Virus record (IMG/VR): IMGVR_UViG_3300025849_003344
DNA length: 64,000 nt
Origin: a virus
Lineage: Duplodnaviria; Caudoviricetes
Reading direction: 5' to 3' (one strand)
The translations under genes and the position numbers were made by a program. Under the pieces are notes generated by a model, which saw nothing but the letters and a program-made list of their open reading frames with translations, ran no database searches and was not told the DNA's origin. Shown here piece by piece: positions 45,423 to 53,272 of the stretch (position 1 is the stretch's first letter; the number at the start of each line of letters is the position of its first letter).

Positions 45423-46792
45423 TACGCTTGCTCCGCTTTTACATATGCTGACGAATCATTTGTTTTCGCAGCCATAACATTTACTACTTCAGATGTGAAT
45501 GCGTTTCTTTGTGTTTGACTAGCACTCATAATAGCTGTACCTATATGAGCTGCAGCAAGTAATGTATGAACAAAGCCTGCATTTTTTTGTTTCATTTCAG
45601 ACTCGAATTGTAATCTGTCAGTTTTAGGATGAATTTTTTTGACAAGATTAAAGAAGTCTGTTACTAATTTTTCGGGAGGTTTATTACTAACTAATAATTT
45701 TGCTTGTGTTATAAGCTCTTTGTTTGTTGGTAAAATCTTTTTTAAATGTATAGCAGAAGAATACATTAATTGACCATAACCAGTTCTACCTGCTCTAGCA
45801 CCTGTACCTTTTAGTTCAAAGTTTAATGCACCAAATACACTAGGAGATCTGACTTCAGCCTTTTTACTATTGTCATAAATGAAAAAACCGTATTTAGACG
45901 ACCAAATGCTTTTACCTGCTGCTGTTTCTAACGTGAATCTAGAAAACTTATGAGTGTCTAATATTGCGTCTTCAATATTATAATCACCTAATTTTACTCT
46001 TTTATTTTTTCCAACCTTTTTAAGCGAAATGCCAACTATAGTCTTATTTTGAAAATGCTTTAATATTAATATATTTAGCTCAGCTAATGTTTTAGCCTTT
46101 GCAAATAGAGCTTTAGGATCTATTCCTCTTTTTACTGCCCAGATATCACCTGGATTCCATTTGTCGCTATTAAGGCTTGGTTTACCCTCTAATTTTCTTA
46201 CTCTATCTTTTGCTTTATAAATTGCTTCCATGACAGAATCACCCCTATGAAGAGTATGATTTTTTGTTACATATTTTTTCTTAATTAAAGCTTGGGCTAT
46301 TTGATACGCAGATGCATGCCAATCGCCATCAATAGTAACATAAGATTTGAATGACTCACTTACTGAAACTTTATCTTTATATTTTTCTAATGTATTATAT
46401 GTGAAATGTGAAAACTCATTATTCATACCCTCGCCTAGAATAGCTGCTATGTACAAACAATGTAATGATTCAAACCTTGCTGTGTCTCCTGTAGCTCCAC
46501 CACCGGCACCTTGTCCACCAAATAATGGAGATTTGCCAATCATATTAGAAAGTATTGTATTTCCATTTTTTAAGTCAAAGGCAACAGTTGGACCTGAATC
46601 AGGATCAGCAACATAATTTTTTATAGCATCTATGTTTTTCTTAGTATTAGCAATAAATACGTCTTTTCCGTTAATATCGCTTACGGGATCTCCTGCCTTT
46701 ATTGCATTAATAAAGACTTCAACTCTTTCTTGATTAGATCCACGCACAGGTTTATCCCACTCTGCACGAGCCATTTTAGCAAACGTAGCCAT
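45422..46792 (-). CDS. Hypothetical protein, possible PD-(D/E)XK nuclease fold
   Basis: FESLHC...WNPGDIWAV...GISLKK; late promoter at 46817-46824. Confidence 0.55.
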   Translation of the reverse strand: MATFAKMARAEWDKPVRGSNQERVEVFINAIKAGDPVSDINGKDVFIANTKKNIDAIKNYVADPDSGPTVAFDLKNGNTILSNMIGKSPLFGGQGAGGGATGDTARFESLHCLYIAAILGEGMNNEFSHFTYNTLEKYKDKVSVSESFKSYVTIDGDWHASAYQIAQALIKKKYVTKNHTLHRGDSVMEAIYKAKDRVRKLEGKPSLNSDKWNPGDIWAVKRGIDPKALFAKAKTLAELNILILKHFQNKTIVGISLKKVGKNKRVKLGDYNIEDAILDTHKFSRFTLETAAGKSIWSSKYGFFIYDNSKKAEVRSPSVFGALNFELKGTGARAGRTGYGQLMYSSAIHLKKILPTNKELITQAKLLVSNKPPEKLVTDFFNLVKKIHPKTDRLQFESEMKQKNAGFVHTLLAAAHIGTAIMSASQTQRNAFTSEVVNVMAAKTNDSSAYVKAEQA

Positions 46793-46825
46793 ATCTTCTC
46801 CATAGAAACTTATCTCTATTTATAT

Positions 46826-46850
46826 AAAAAGAAAGCAGCCGAAGCTGCTT
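46826..46850 (-). terminator. Intrinsic terminator with UUCG tetraloop
   Basis: AAGCAGC-TTCG-GCTGCTT-TCTTTTT on minus strand. Confidence 0.85.
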
Positions 46851-46940
46851 AGTTGAGGGAGAAAAGGGTGCTAGTGAGTGCCATGACTAACCATGAGTCC
46901 ACTCACTAGCTCGCGACGGGCGTCCCCGAGAACCTTAGTC

Positions 46941-47183
46941 CTATCTCTCATAAATGTACGCATCGACTCTGTCGGCATACTTGAGAGGTAATGACTGGTT
47001 GTACCGGCGAACGCCGCGGCGATGACCACGTGCTTGAAGTTTGAGATAGTACCGTTGGTACTTACCGTCCTCTTTCAGCATTCTGTTACACTTAGATACG
47101 AAGGATCTAAGATCAGCAATTTGAGGATCTTGACAATCACTAAAAGTTGCTATATACGAATCAGATGTCCGGGTCGTGTACAT
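46941..47183 (-). CDS. Hypothetical early protein
   Basis: 80 aa, coupled to upstream ORF. Confidence 0.6.
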   Translation of the reverse strand: MYTTRTSDSYIATFSDCQDPQIADLRSFVSKCNRMLKEDGKYQRYYLKLQARGHRRGVRRYNQSLPLKYADRVDAYIYER

Positions 47184-47401
47184 TATAATACCTCCGCTTG
47201 GAGGTTACGCTCTTCACGATCAATGTTTTTTATGAGATCTTCGATAATCATATCGAGTTCAACTTGAATGTCTGACTTAGACATGTTAAACGTATTCGAG
47301 CGGCGAAGTACGCTTGCAAGCTTATTCTTCATTACAAGTGCATCGTGTAGGTCTCTTACTATAATCATACTATTCTCCTTATCATGTAACCATACTACCA
47401 T
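47183..47401 (-). CDS. Hypothetical early protein
   Basis: Early promoter 47392-47420; true start probably the MIIVRD downstream of the SD. Confidence 0.55.
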   Translation of the reverse strand: MVVWLHDKENSMIIVRDLHDALVMKNKLASVLRRSNTFNMSKSDIQVELDMIIEDLIKNIDREERNLQAEVL

Positions 47402-47439
47402 ACTTTTAACGAGATGTACATAAAAAAATGCGGTTAAAG

Positions 47440-47467
47440 CCGCATTAATTTAGAGTGTATCATTTAT
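47440..47467. repeat. Direct repeat R copy 1 (ccgcattaatttagagtgtatcatttat)
   Basis: Identical 28 bp at 47440, 47761 and 48890. Confidence 0.95.
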
Positions 47468-47468
47468 A

Positions 47469-47684
47469 TTACAATAATTCGTTTGGATTGTTTTTGTAAG
47501 TTTTAATAAGTTGTGAAAGTGTTAGATTGAAAAAGATAGTGGTTTGAGGGTTATGAGGAGGGAAGATTAGAAAATCGGTAGTAGATGGAAGTTTAAGTGA
47601 TTTGATATATTTAATGATTTCGGGAATAGTGTTGAAAGATAGTGGTTGATTGTAGTTAGATGGGTTAATAAGTGTATAAGTCAT
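47469..47684 (-). CDS. Small protein encoded by an almost G-free coding strand
   Basis: 71 aa; SD AGGAG and early promoter 47713-47741; 5 G in 216 nt. Confidence 0.65.
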   Translation of the reverse strand: MTYTLINPSNYNQPLSFNTIPEIIKYIKSLKLPSTTDFLIFPPHNPQTTIFFNLTLSQLIKTYKNNPNELL

Positions 47685-47760
47685 GTATTTCTCCTTTTTG
47701 ACTGATATAACCTTTCTACCACATGTTAAATCGTTTGTACATAAATTAATGCGGCGTTAA

Positions 47761-47794
47761 CCGCATTAATTTAGAGTGTATCATTTATGTTACT
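47761..47794. repeat. Direct repeat R copy 2, one arm of a 13-bp stem-loop adjoining an early promoter
   Basis: taaattaatgcgg-cgttaa-ccgcattaattta; 34 bp shared with copy 3. Confidence 0.95.
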
Positions 47795-48833
47795 TTACGA
47801 CGGAAGTTTCCTCTAATACTATTTCGTCACCGTCTTTATACGTATCAGACATTCGTTGTAAGGCATTATCGGTTATACCGAGTGTTTGACAAGCACCAAC
47901 AGTGTTGCATGGATATCCTATTTTATCGAACCTTTGCATCTTTAAATTATTAACAAAGTTTATACGATCTTGAGACTTCCAGATTTCTAACACAGTGCTC
48001 TCTTTAAGGTTACCAAGAACCTTGTCGTTATTATCATCTAAGCAACAAACATAGTAATCTCCGTTTGGAGCAATAAACATTTCCTCTTCAACTCGCTTGA
48101 TTAAGGGGCACTTCAAATCAGCATCGATTGCAAACTCACCAGTCTTAAATCGTTCTCTCTCTGCCCACAACCCAGGTTTGCTATGTCTAAATGTAAACAA
48201 TTCGTCATACAAATCTTGGCCCAAATAATCTAATACAGATTGTTGTGTTAGTTCAAAGGAACTAAAAGGAACAGATTCGCCGGGTGGGTGTTGGATAGGG
48301 TTCTTATTAAAAGCGTTAAACACAGCTAGTGAATATTCAAATGCTGGCATAACATTAATGCCAAAAAACATTTCAACGCCAAGTTCTTTTTTGATCTCTA
48401 AGAACTCTTTTACATTCTTCATTACAGAAGAGAAGCTAATCCCTTTTACCGATCTATATGCTCTATCGTTGTGCCCATCTACGTTGACTTGAATAGAGGT
48501 CAGTAGATTCTCTTCAAGTAATACACGCGACATTCTCTTAGACATTAAGCCAAAGTTGCTCAACATATCAATTTCTGTGTTGGGCAAATTCTTTTTAATA
48601 TAACGGAGAATGTCTACATAACTTTTATGATAAAGACCCTCACCATTCTCACTCATATGAATATTTTTAATCTCATATGGAAAATCAGGATGTGAGACCT
48701 CATCTATAATTTTATAGACAAGTTCAGCATCCATATCAAACGCAAGTTTAGTGCCCCGTGAAGTAGGGCACCAAACACATTTTGCATTACATCTATTAGA
48801 TAGCGCAAAGTTTAAGTTACGTAGTGGTTTCAA
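47790..48833 (-). CDS. Radical SAM/SPASM protein, paralog of 6119-7150
   Basis: TTG start; CNAKCVWC; IAPNGDYYVCC; 53/69 identities over the N-terminus by manual alignment. Confidence 0.9.
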   Translation of the reverse strand: MKPLRNLNFALSNRCNAKCVWCPTSRGTKLAFDMDAELVYKIIDEVSHPDFPYEIKNIHMSENGEGLYHKSYVDILRYIKKNLPNTEIDMLSNFGLMSKRMSRVLLEENLLTSIQVNVDGHNDRAYRSVKGISFSSVMKNVKEFLEIKKELGVEMFFGINVMPAFEYSLAVFNAFNKNPIQHPPGESVPFSSFELTQQSVLDYLGQDLYDELFTFRHSKPGLWAERERFKTGEFAIDADLKCPLIKRVEEEMFIAPNGDYYVCCLDDNNDKVLGNLKESTVLEIWKSQDRINFVNNLKMQRFDKIGYPCNTVGACQTLGITDNALQRMSDTYKDGDEIVLEETSVVK

Positions 48834-48853
48834 TTAAAATTCCTGTACTTAAG

Positions 48854-48923
48854 TTTAGGCAGCAGTGGCATACGCCACTGCTGCCTCTGCCGCATTAATT
48901 TAGAGTGTATCATTTATGTTACT
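48854..48923. repeat. Copy of the DUF932 gene 3' end fused to direct repeat R copy 3
   Basis: 48854-48894 matches 49935-49975 at 37/41; R at 48890-48923. Confidence 0.9.
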
Positions 48924-49884
48924 AGTATAGTCCGTTAGGAACTATGGCATAATGGATTGCTAATACAACACCGACTGATGCTGCAAGACCAACCATCATT
49001 TTCAGAAAGTCTTTTCCAATAAGTGGGAATACCACTTTGAATTTTTCTTTTCCAGTTACAGTAGCCATAGCAAGTTCACGTCCACACAATAAGCCAACAA
49101 ATACCCATGTCGTTGACATTGGAATATCATTCAACTCTTTAAAGAAGAATAAGATAAGCCAATAAACACCATCAATAATTGTAGCAGATCTTACATAACG
49201 AGTATTATGTTTTTCGAGAACGATCTGCTGGATTTTACCACCACCTTCTCTGAACATATACCAAAGACCAAGTACGAAGACTGCACTAACGACAATCATT
49301 AGATCGACCGGTATTTGTCGTGGTAAGAATACTGCGATGTTAGCTACATCATGCGAAAGCCATGTAAACCACAAAAATCCTGTAGTTACCCATTGACCGA
49401 TTCGCCAATATCGTTTATGTTCTTCTTTAACAGGTTTTGCTTCGTCTAATATTTTACTTACTACGATCCATATTGCATATGCCGCTACTGCAGCGACTGC
49501 ATATCCCATCATAGATTTCATAAGCATTTTTTCTAAAATAAATGTAGAAGCAAATGCAGATAAAACTAAAAAAGACGTGCTTACTGGTACGCCTATTCGA
49601 GTCAAGATTAGCAATAAACCTGGTGCCATTGCATGATACCATTGGATTTCTTGAAACGGAATCTTATTCAAACGACCATAACTAATGTCGCCTCCGTTCA
49701 TATACCAACCGTACCATAAGGTGTAAAGCAAGACAGCCGAAGCTGATCCCCACATTACTTTCCAGTTTACTCTCTCATTGTTTGATGCGATCCATGTACC
49801 GAGAGTCTGTACAGAATCATTAGCAATAACTGAATAAGCCGCGAATAAAAATCCGACGGCCATCCAGAGAGTTACAAGTTCCAT
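48922..49884 (-). CDS. PiT-family-like inorganic phosphate transporter
   Basis: Polytopic; ANDSVQTLGT and SHDVANIA resemble the two PiT signatures; PVSTS and PMSTT. Confidence 0.65.
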   Translation of the reverse strand: MELVTLWMAVGFLFAAYSVIANDSVQTLGTWIASNNERVNWKVMWGSASAVLLYTLWYGWYMNGGDISYGRLNKIPFQEIQWYHAMAPGLLLILTRIGVPVSTSFLVLSAFASTFILEKMLMKSMMGYAVAAVAAYAIWIVVSKILDEAKPVKEEHKRYWRIGQWVTTGFLWFTWLSHDVANIAVFLPRQIPVDLMIVVSAVFVLGLWYMFREGGGKIQQIVLEKHNTRYVRSATIIDGVYWLILFFFKELNDIPMSTTWVFVGLLCGRELAMATVTGKEKFKVVFPLIGKDFLKMMVGLAASVGVVLAIHYAIVPNGLY

Positions 49885-49935
49885 TGTAATTTTTCTCCTA
49901 GTTGTTACAATGAAACTATATATGTAAAATTAACT

Positions 49936-50886
49936 TTAGGCAGCAGTGGCGTATGCCACTGCTTTCTCTGCCGCAGTTACTTTTTTGGATTGATTGTAAC
50001 CAAACCACTGATTGTGAAGACGATTCTCTGAGTTCCGTCCTTGCAGGTGATCAGTGTAGTAAGTCACACTGTTGAATGCCTGCCACCATGTACCAGCGGC
50101 GAACTGAGCACCTGGCTGAACCTCAAGAGCATCGTAACACATCTTTGCAGCTTTAGACAAATCATCATAAACTGCAACCGGAGTTTTTTCCTCTTTACGA
50201 GATGTAGTTGGAAACACATCGTTGTAATATTGGATAAGAGACTCTGCGGTAATTTTACGGGAACCTAAGAACTGAGCCATCTCTTTGTACTTAGCAAACT
50301 TTTCAGAAGCAATACCAAGAGTTTCTTTTACAGTATCAGCATCAAATGCTGTACGATGACCAACTTTGACAGAACGCTTTGCATCCTGCTGGAGAGAGAA
50401 AGTCAATGTGTTATTGCATACAACACGAATTGGAGTAAACCGAACGTCTACTGCTTTTCCGTACTGATGCGGATTTGAAAAGAGAAGGAAAGATTCGATA
50501 GTGTCTTCACCAAACACATCAAAAGACTCTTTGACTTTTGCCAAAGCCCACACATTACGACCTTCTTTCAAAGATCCTGCTGTGTGCATTTCCATATCAC
50601 CAGCAGCAACAAACTCTGAGAAGAAAGTAAATGCTTCTTCGTTCTGTACTGGCTTCCAATCTTTACCTGTGACGTCAAGCAAAGTATTATCTGATGTACG
50701 GACAAGAGCAACCTTGTCATTGATTTCGAGACCAGATTCGGTAACGATTTTTTGCTGTTCAACTTCCCAGTCGACTCCAGCTTTTTGCATCATTTGTAAT
50801 GGTGTCAAGTCATTGCTAACTTCTGTTCCAAGACCGTGCCATGGAAGTTCACCTGCGTAAGCCATTGTTTCTACTTCATGTGACAT
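49936..50886 (-). CDS. DUF932/DUF945-family protein
   Basis: MAYAGELPWHGLG...VQNEEAF...TAGSLKEG...TPIRVVCNNTL. Confidence 0.9.
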   Translation of the reverse strand: MSHEVETMAYAGELPWHGLGTEVSNDLTPLQMMQKAGVDWEVEQQKIVTESGLEINDKVALVRTSDNTLLDVTGKDWKPVQNEEAFTFFSEFVAAGDMEMHTAGSLKEGRNVWALAKVKESFDVFGEDTIESFLLFSNPHQYGKAVDVRFTPIRVVCNNTLTFSLQQDAKRSVKVGHRTAFDADTVKETLGIASEKFAKYKEMAQFLGSRKITAESLIQYYNDVFPTTSRKEEKTPVAVYDDLSKAAKMCYDALEVQPGAQFAAGTWWQAFNSVTYYTDHLQGRNSENRLHNQWFGYNQSKKVTAAEKAVAYATAA

Positions 50887-51047
50887 TATATAACTCCTTG
50901 TTCAATTAGTTCATTAACCATCTTTACTTCAGCATTAAACTGTCTTGTAGTAGACTGCGAAAAGTCAAGCACCATATTATCAAATACTTTTTCTGCTTTT
51001 TCCATATCGCAGCTTAACAGCTTCATGATGTCTTTTAGATATAACAT
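50886..51047 (-). CDS. Small early protein, paralog of 9363-9527
   Basis: Hand translation MLYLKDIMKLLSCDMEKAEKVFDNMVLDFSQSTTRQFNAEV...; early promoter 51079-51107. Confidence 0.65.
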   Translation of the reverse strand: MLYLKDIMKLLSCDMEKAEKVFDNMVLDFSQSTTRQFNAEVKMVNELIEQGVI

Positions 51048-51197
51048 TAACGATTCCTCTCATTCATTTGATAAGACCATTATAGCACAGTACTTATCAT
51101 ATGTACACAGTTAATTTGCGTTTTTTAAACTTTTTTTTCATTTTGTTAGCACTAACATTTTATAGATATTTACATCTTAAACAAAAGGTGTGACAAA

Positions 51198-51452
51198 ATG
51201 TGCAGCCCATGGAAACGTAAAGAAGCCAATCGATTATTTTGGATGGTTAAAGGACATCTTATTCCTAAGAGTGAACCAGATGATGTTGTTGAAGGTTACT
51301 ATGAAAGTTATTTCAAAAGATTATGGAACAACGAATCGCAGTGTTTAAGCGAATATGAAGCCGGATTTGAACAAGCTTACAAATTAAGAGAAATAGAAAT
51401 GCTTAGTGAAGAAGTCTCACGTGTAGCAGTGCTAGGCGGGCACTTTGATTAA
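51198..51452 (+). CDS. Conserved hypothetical phage protein
   Basis: RLFWMVKGHL...YESYFKRLWNNE. Confidence 0.65.
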   Translation: MCSPWKRKEANRLFWMVKGHLIPKSEPDDVVEGYYESYFKRLWNNESQCLSEYEAGFEQAYKLREIEMLSEEVSRVAVLGGHFD

Positions 51453-51458
51453 ACCCGC

Positions 51459-51668
51459 CTAGTCAGTCCACTTCGAATCAACCGCTGAAGCATCCCAAAC
51501 CCATTGTCTGTAAGTTGGATCTCCAACTACAACAACGTCTTTGTCTCCAACTTCAGTCCAGACACGATCGTCCATCCATCTGTGATAGTATGCTGGACCA
51601 CCCCAGACTCTACGAGCTCGTTGATAAGTCGCTTCATCCATTCCTACATAGTGTACTGTTCGCATAAT
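51459..51668 (-). CDS. Hypothetical protein
   Basis: MRTVHYVGMD...; SD AAGGAG before 51668; converges on hairpin ctaggcggg/cccgcctag. Confidence 0.55.
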   Translation of the reverse strand: MMRTVHYVGMDEATYQRARRVWGGPAYYHRWMDDRVWTEVGDKDVVVVGDPTYRQWVWDASAVDSKWTD

Positions 51669-51874
51669 ATAACTCCTTACCTCATACGCCCAAGCTAGTA
51701 TATCCAATCTCTCCGCACGGCCTTATTGACATTGCCGCTCTAGTTTGATTGAAACTAACATCTCATAAAAGATTGTGCTTTCAGGTGGCCTGCCCTCCAC
51801 ACGGACGTATGAGGAAAAGAGTTATGCTACTAACTCTTTAAACCTCTTAATCTGTAACCCAATCCCAAAAGGGA

Positions 51875-51913
51875 TCATAAACTTCCATCATAAACTTCCA
51901 TCATAAACTTCCA
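51875..51913. repeat. 13-bp tandem repeat, 3 copies (tcataaacttcca)
   Basis: Exact copies at 51875, 51888, 51901. Confidence 0.95.
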
Positions 51914-52133
51914 TTCCTGTAAAACCTTCTTGAGTCCAACCACGAGCGTCAGCATGAGCGGCGACCATATGAATATAATCCATTTGAGGCCAATGACCTT
52001 CCTTCAAAGCCCACTGTTTCATATCTGATTGAACAGCGATTGACTGCTCGCCTTGAGCAGTCTCGGCATAAATACGTTCAGCCTCAGACTCAACCATGTT
52101 CCATTCGGTGTTTTGCGTTTCAAAATTTGTCAT
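51888..52133 (-). CDS. Hypothetical early protein; C-terminus lies in the 13-bp repeat
   Basis: ORF track. Confidence 0.6.
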   Translation of the reverse strand: MTNFETQNTEWNMVESEAERIYAETAQGEQSIAVQSDMKQWALKEGHWPQMDYIHMVAAHADARGWTQEGFTGMEVYDGSL

Positions 52134-52375
52134 TATACTGTTTCTCCAAAAAAGTTATCAACTAGAACTTCAAAGCACTCATACAGATATTCTGAAGTGT
52201 ACCACAATGAAAGTTCTAAGTTTAGGTCAGCGTCAACAAAGTTCCAGTTAATACCACCCGATGAATTAATATTCTCAGGATTCGTAGTAGCTTTGTTAAA
52301 AGCTTCGATTACGTCATTCTTGATCATTGCACCGTTTGATAATAACATGGTTATCTCCTCATTTGATATATACAC
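52133..52375 (-). CDS. Hypothetical early protein
   Basis: INWNFVDADL; early promoter 52374-52402; true start probably near 52345 after GAGGAG. Confidence 0.6.
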   Translation of the reverse strand: MYISNEEITMLLSNGAMIKNDVIEAFNKATTNPENINSSGGINWNFVDADLNLELSLWYTSEYLYECFEVLVDNFFGETV

Positions 52376-52440
52376 TATACACTATCTAAAAGGTAATGTA
52401 CATAAAAAAATGCGGTTTTTTAAAAAATAGTTTTGTTTAA

Positions 52441-52626
52441 AAGCAAAGGTTTATAATTTTATGCGAGAATTTAATTAGTGGTATAGAAAAAGCTCCTAAT
52501 ATGTGTCAAATATTCTGTAAGAAGATACATACTAAAACCATAAATGGCTCTCCTAACTGTGCGATAAATAGAACTAGAGTTAAATTAAAAGATGATAACA
52601 ATTATTTGGTGAAGTATGACAATTAG
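52441..52626 (+). pseudogene. Possible remnant of a SPASM-domain C-terminus
   Basis: Open frame ...LCENLISGIEKAPNMCQIFCKK...; stop overlaps the oxygenase start. Confidence 0.4.
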
Positions 52627-53272
52627 CGAAGAACGATTAGAAGAAGTAATTTATTGGAACAGACTCCAGAGCATGTCTGACTGGCAGGAGTTTCACGGAT
52701 TTAGCGCAAACAGAATTAAAGAAGAGCTTAAGCCGTTTGAAAATGATTGGGTACGATATAATCCTAAGAAACCAAACAACCGCTGGGGCTTAAGTGTTAC
52801 TAGTTTAGATGGTGGACTTAGTGGCATTCCAGATCTCACAAGTTTAAAAGACTGGGAACTTCAAACAGGTGAAGTATTAGCAAACCACGACATTACAACT
52901 CCCACCCGTGTGTGGACGGAAAGTGAACATCTTTCGCAGATGCTCGAACCATGGAAACAGTGGATAACGCGTTGTCACTTTCTTAGAATGGACCGCGGTA
53001 GCTTTTTTCCAGATCATCACGATATAAACAAATCAGACTTATCATATGATGAAGTAAGACTAACTGCGTTTATCGATTGTGATGAATATAATTTTAAATG
53101 GATTTACGACGATAAAATTGTAAAGTGCAATCCTGGTTCAATGTGGTATTTTAATGCTAACAAGCGCCACAGCGTTCATTCAACACGAGATGGAGTAATC
53201 ATCTTAGTGATTTGTTTAGCGTTTGACAAGGATCTTTTTCTATATATGCAGGACGCTGGACTAGTTAGTTGA
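52616..53272 (+). CDS. Asp/Asn beta-hydroxylase-like 2OG-Fe(II) oxygenase (cupin)
   Basis: RCHFLRMDRGSFFPDHHD (HxD)...GSMWYFNANKRHSV. Confidence 0.8.
   Translation: MTISEERLEEVIYWNRLQSMSDWQEFHGFSANRIKEELKPFENDWVRYNPKKPNNRWGLSVTSLDGGLSGIPDLTSLKDWELQTGEVLANHDITTPTRVWTESEHLSQMLEPWKQWITRCHFLRMDRGSFFPDHHDINKSDLSYDEVRLTAFIDCDEYNFKWIYDDKIVKCNPGSMWYFNANKRHSVHSTRDGVIILVICLAFDKDLFLYMQDAGLVS

Noticed and set aside
47440-48923. Possible CRISPR array
   Set aside because: Only three repeats, 321 and 1129 bp apart, separated by whole genes; no cas genes.
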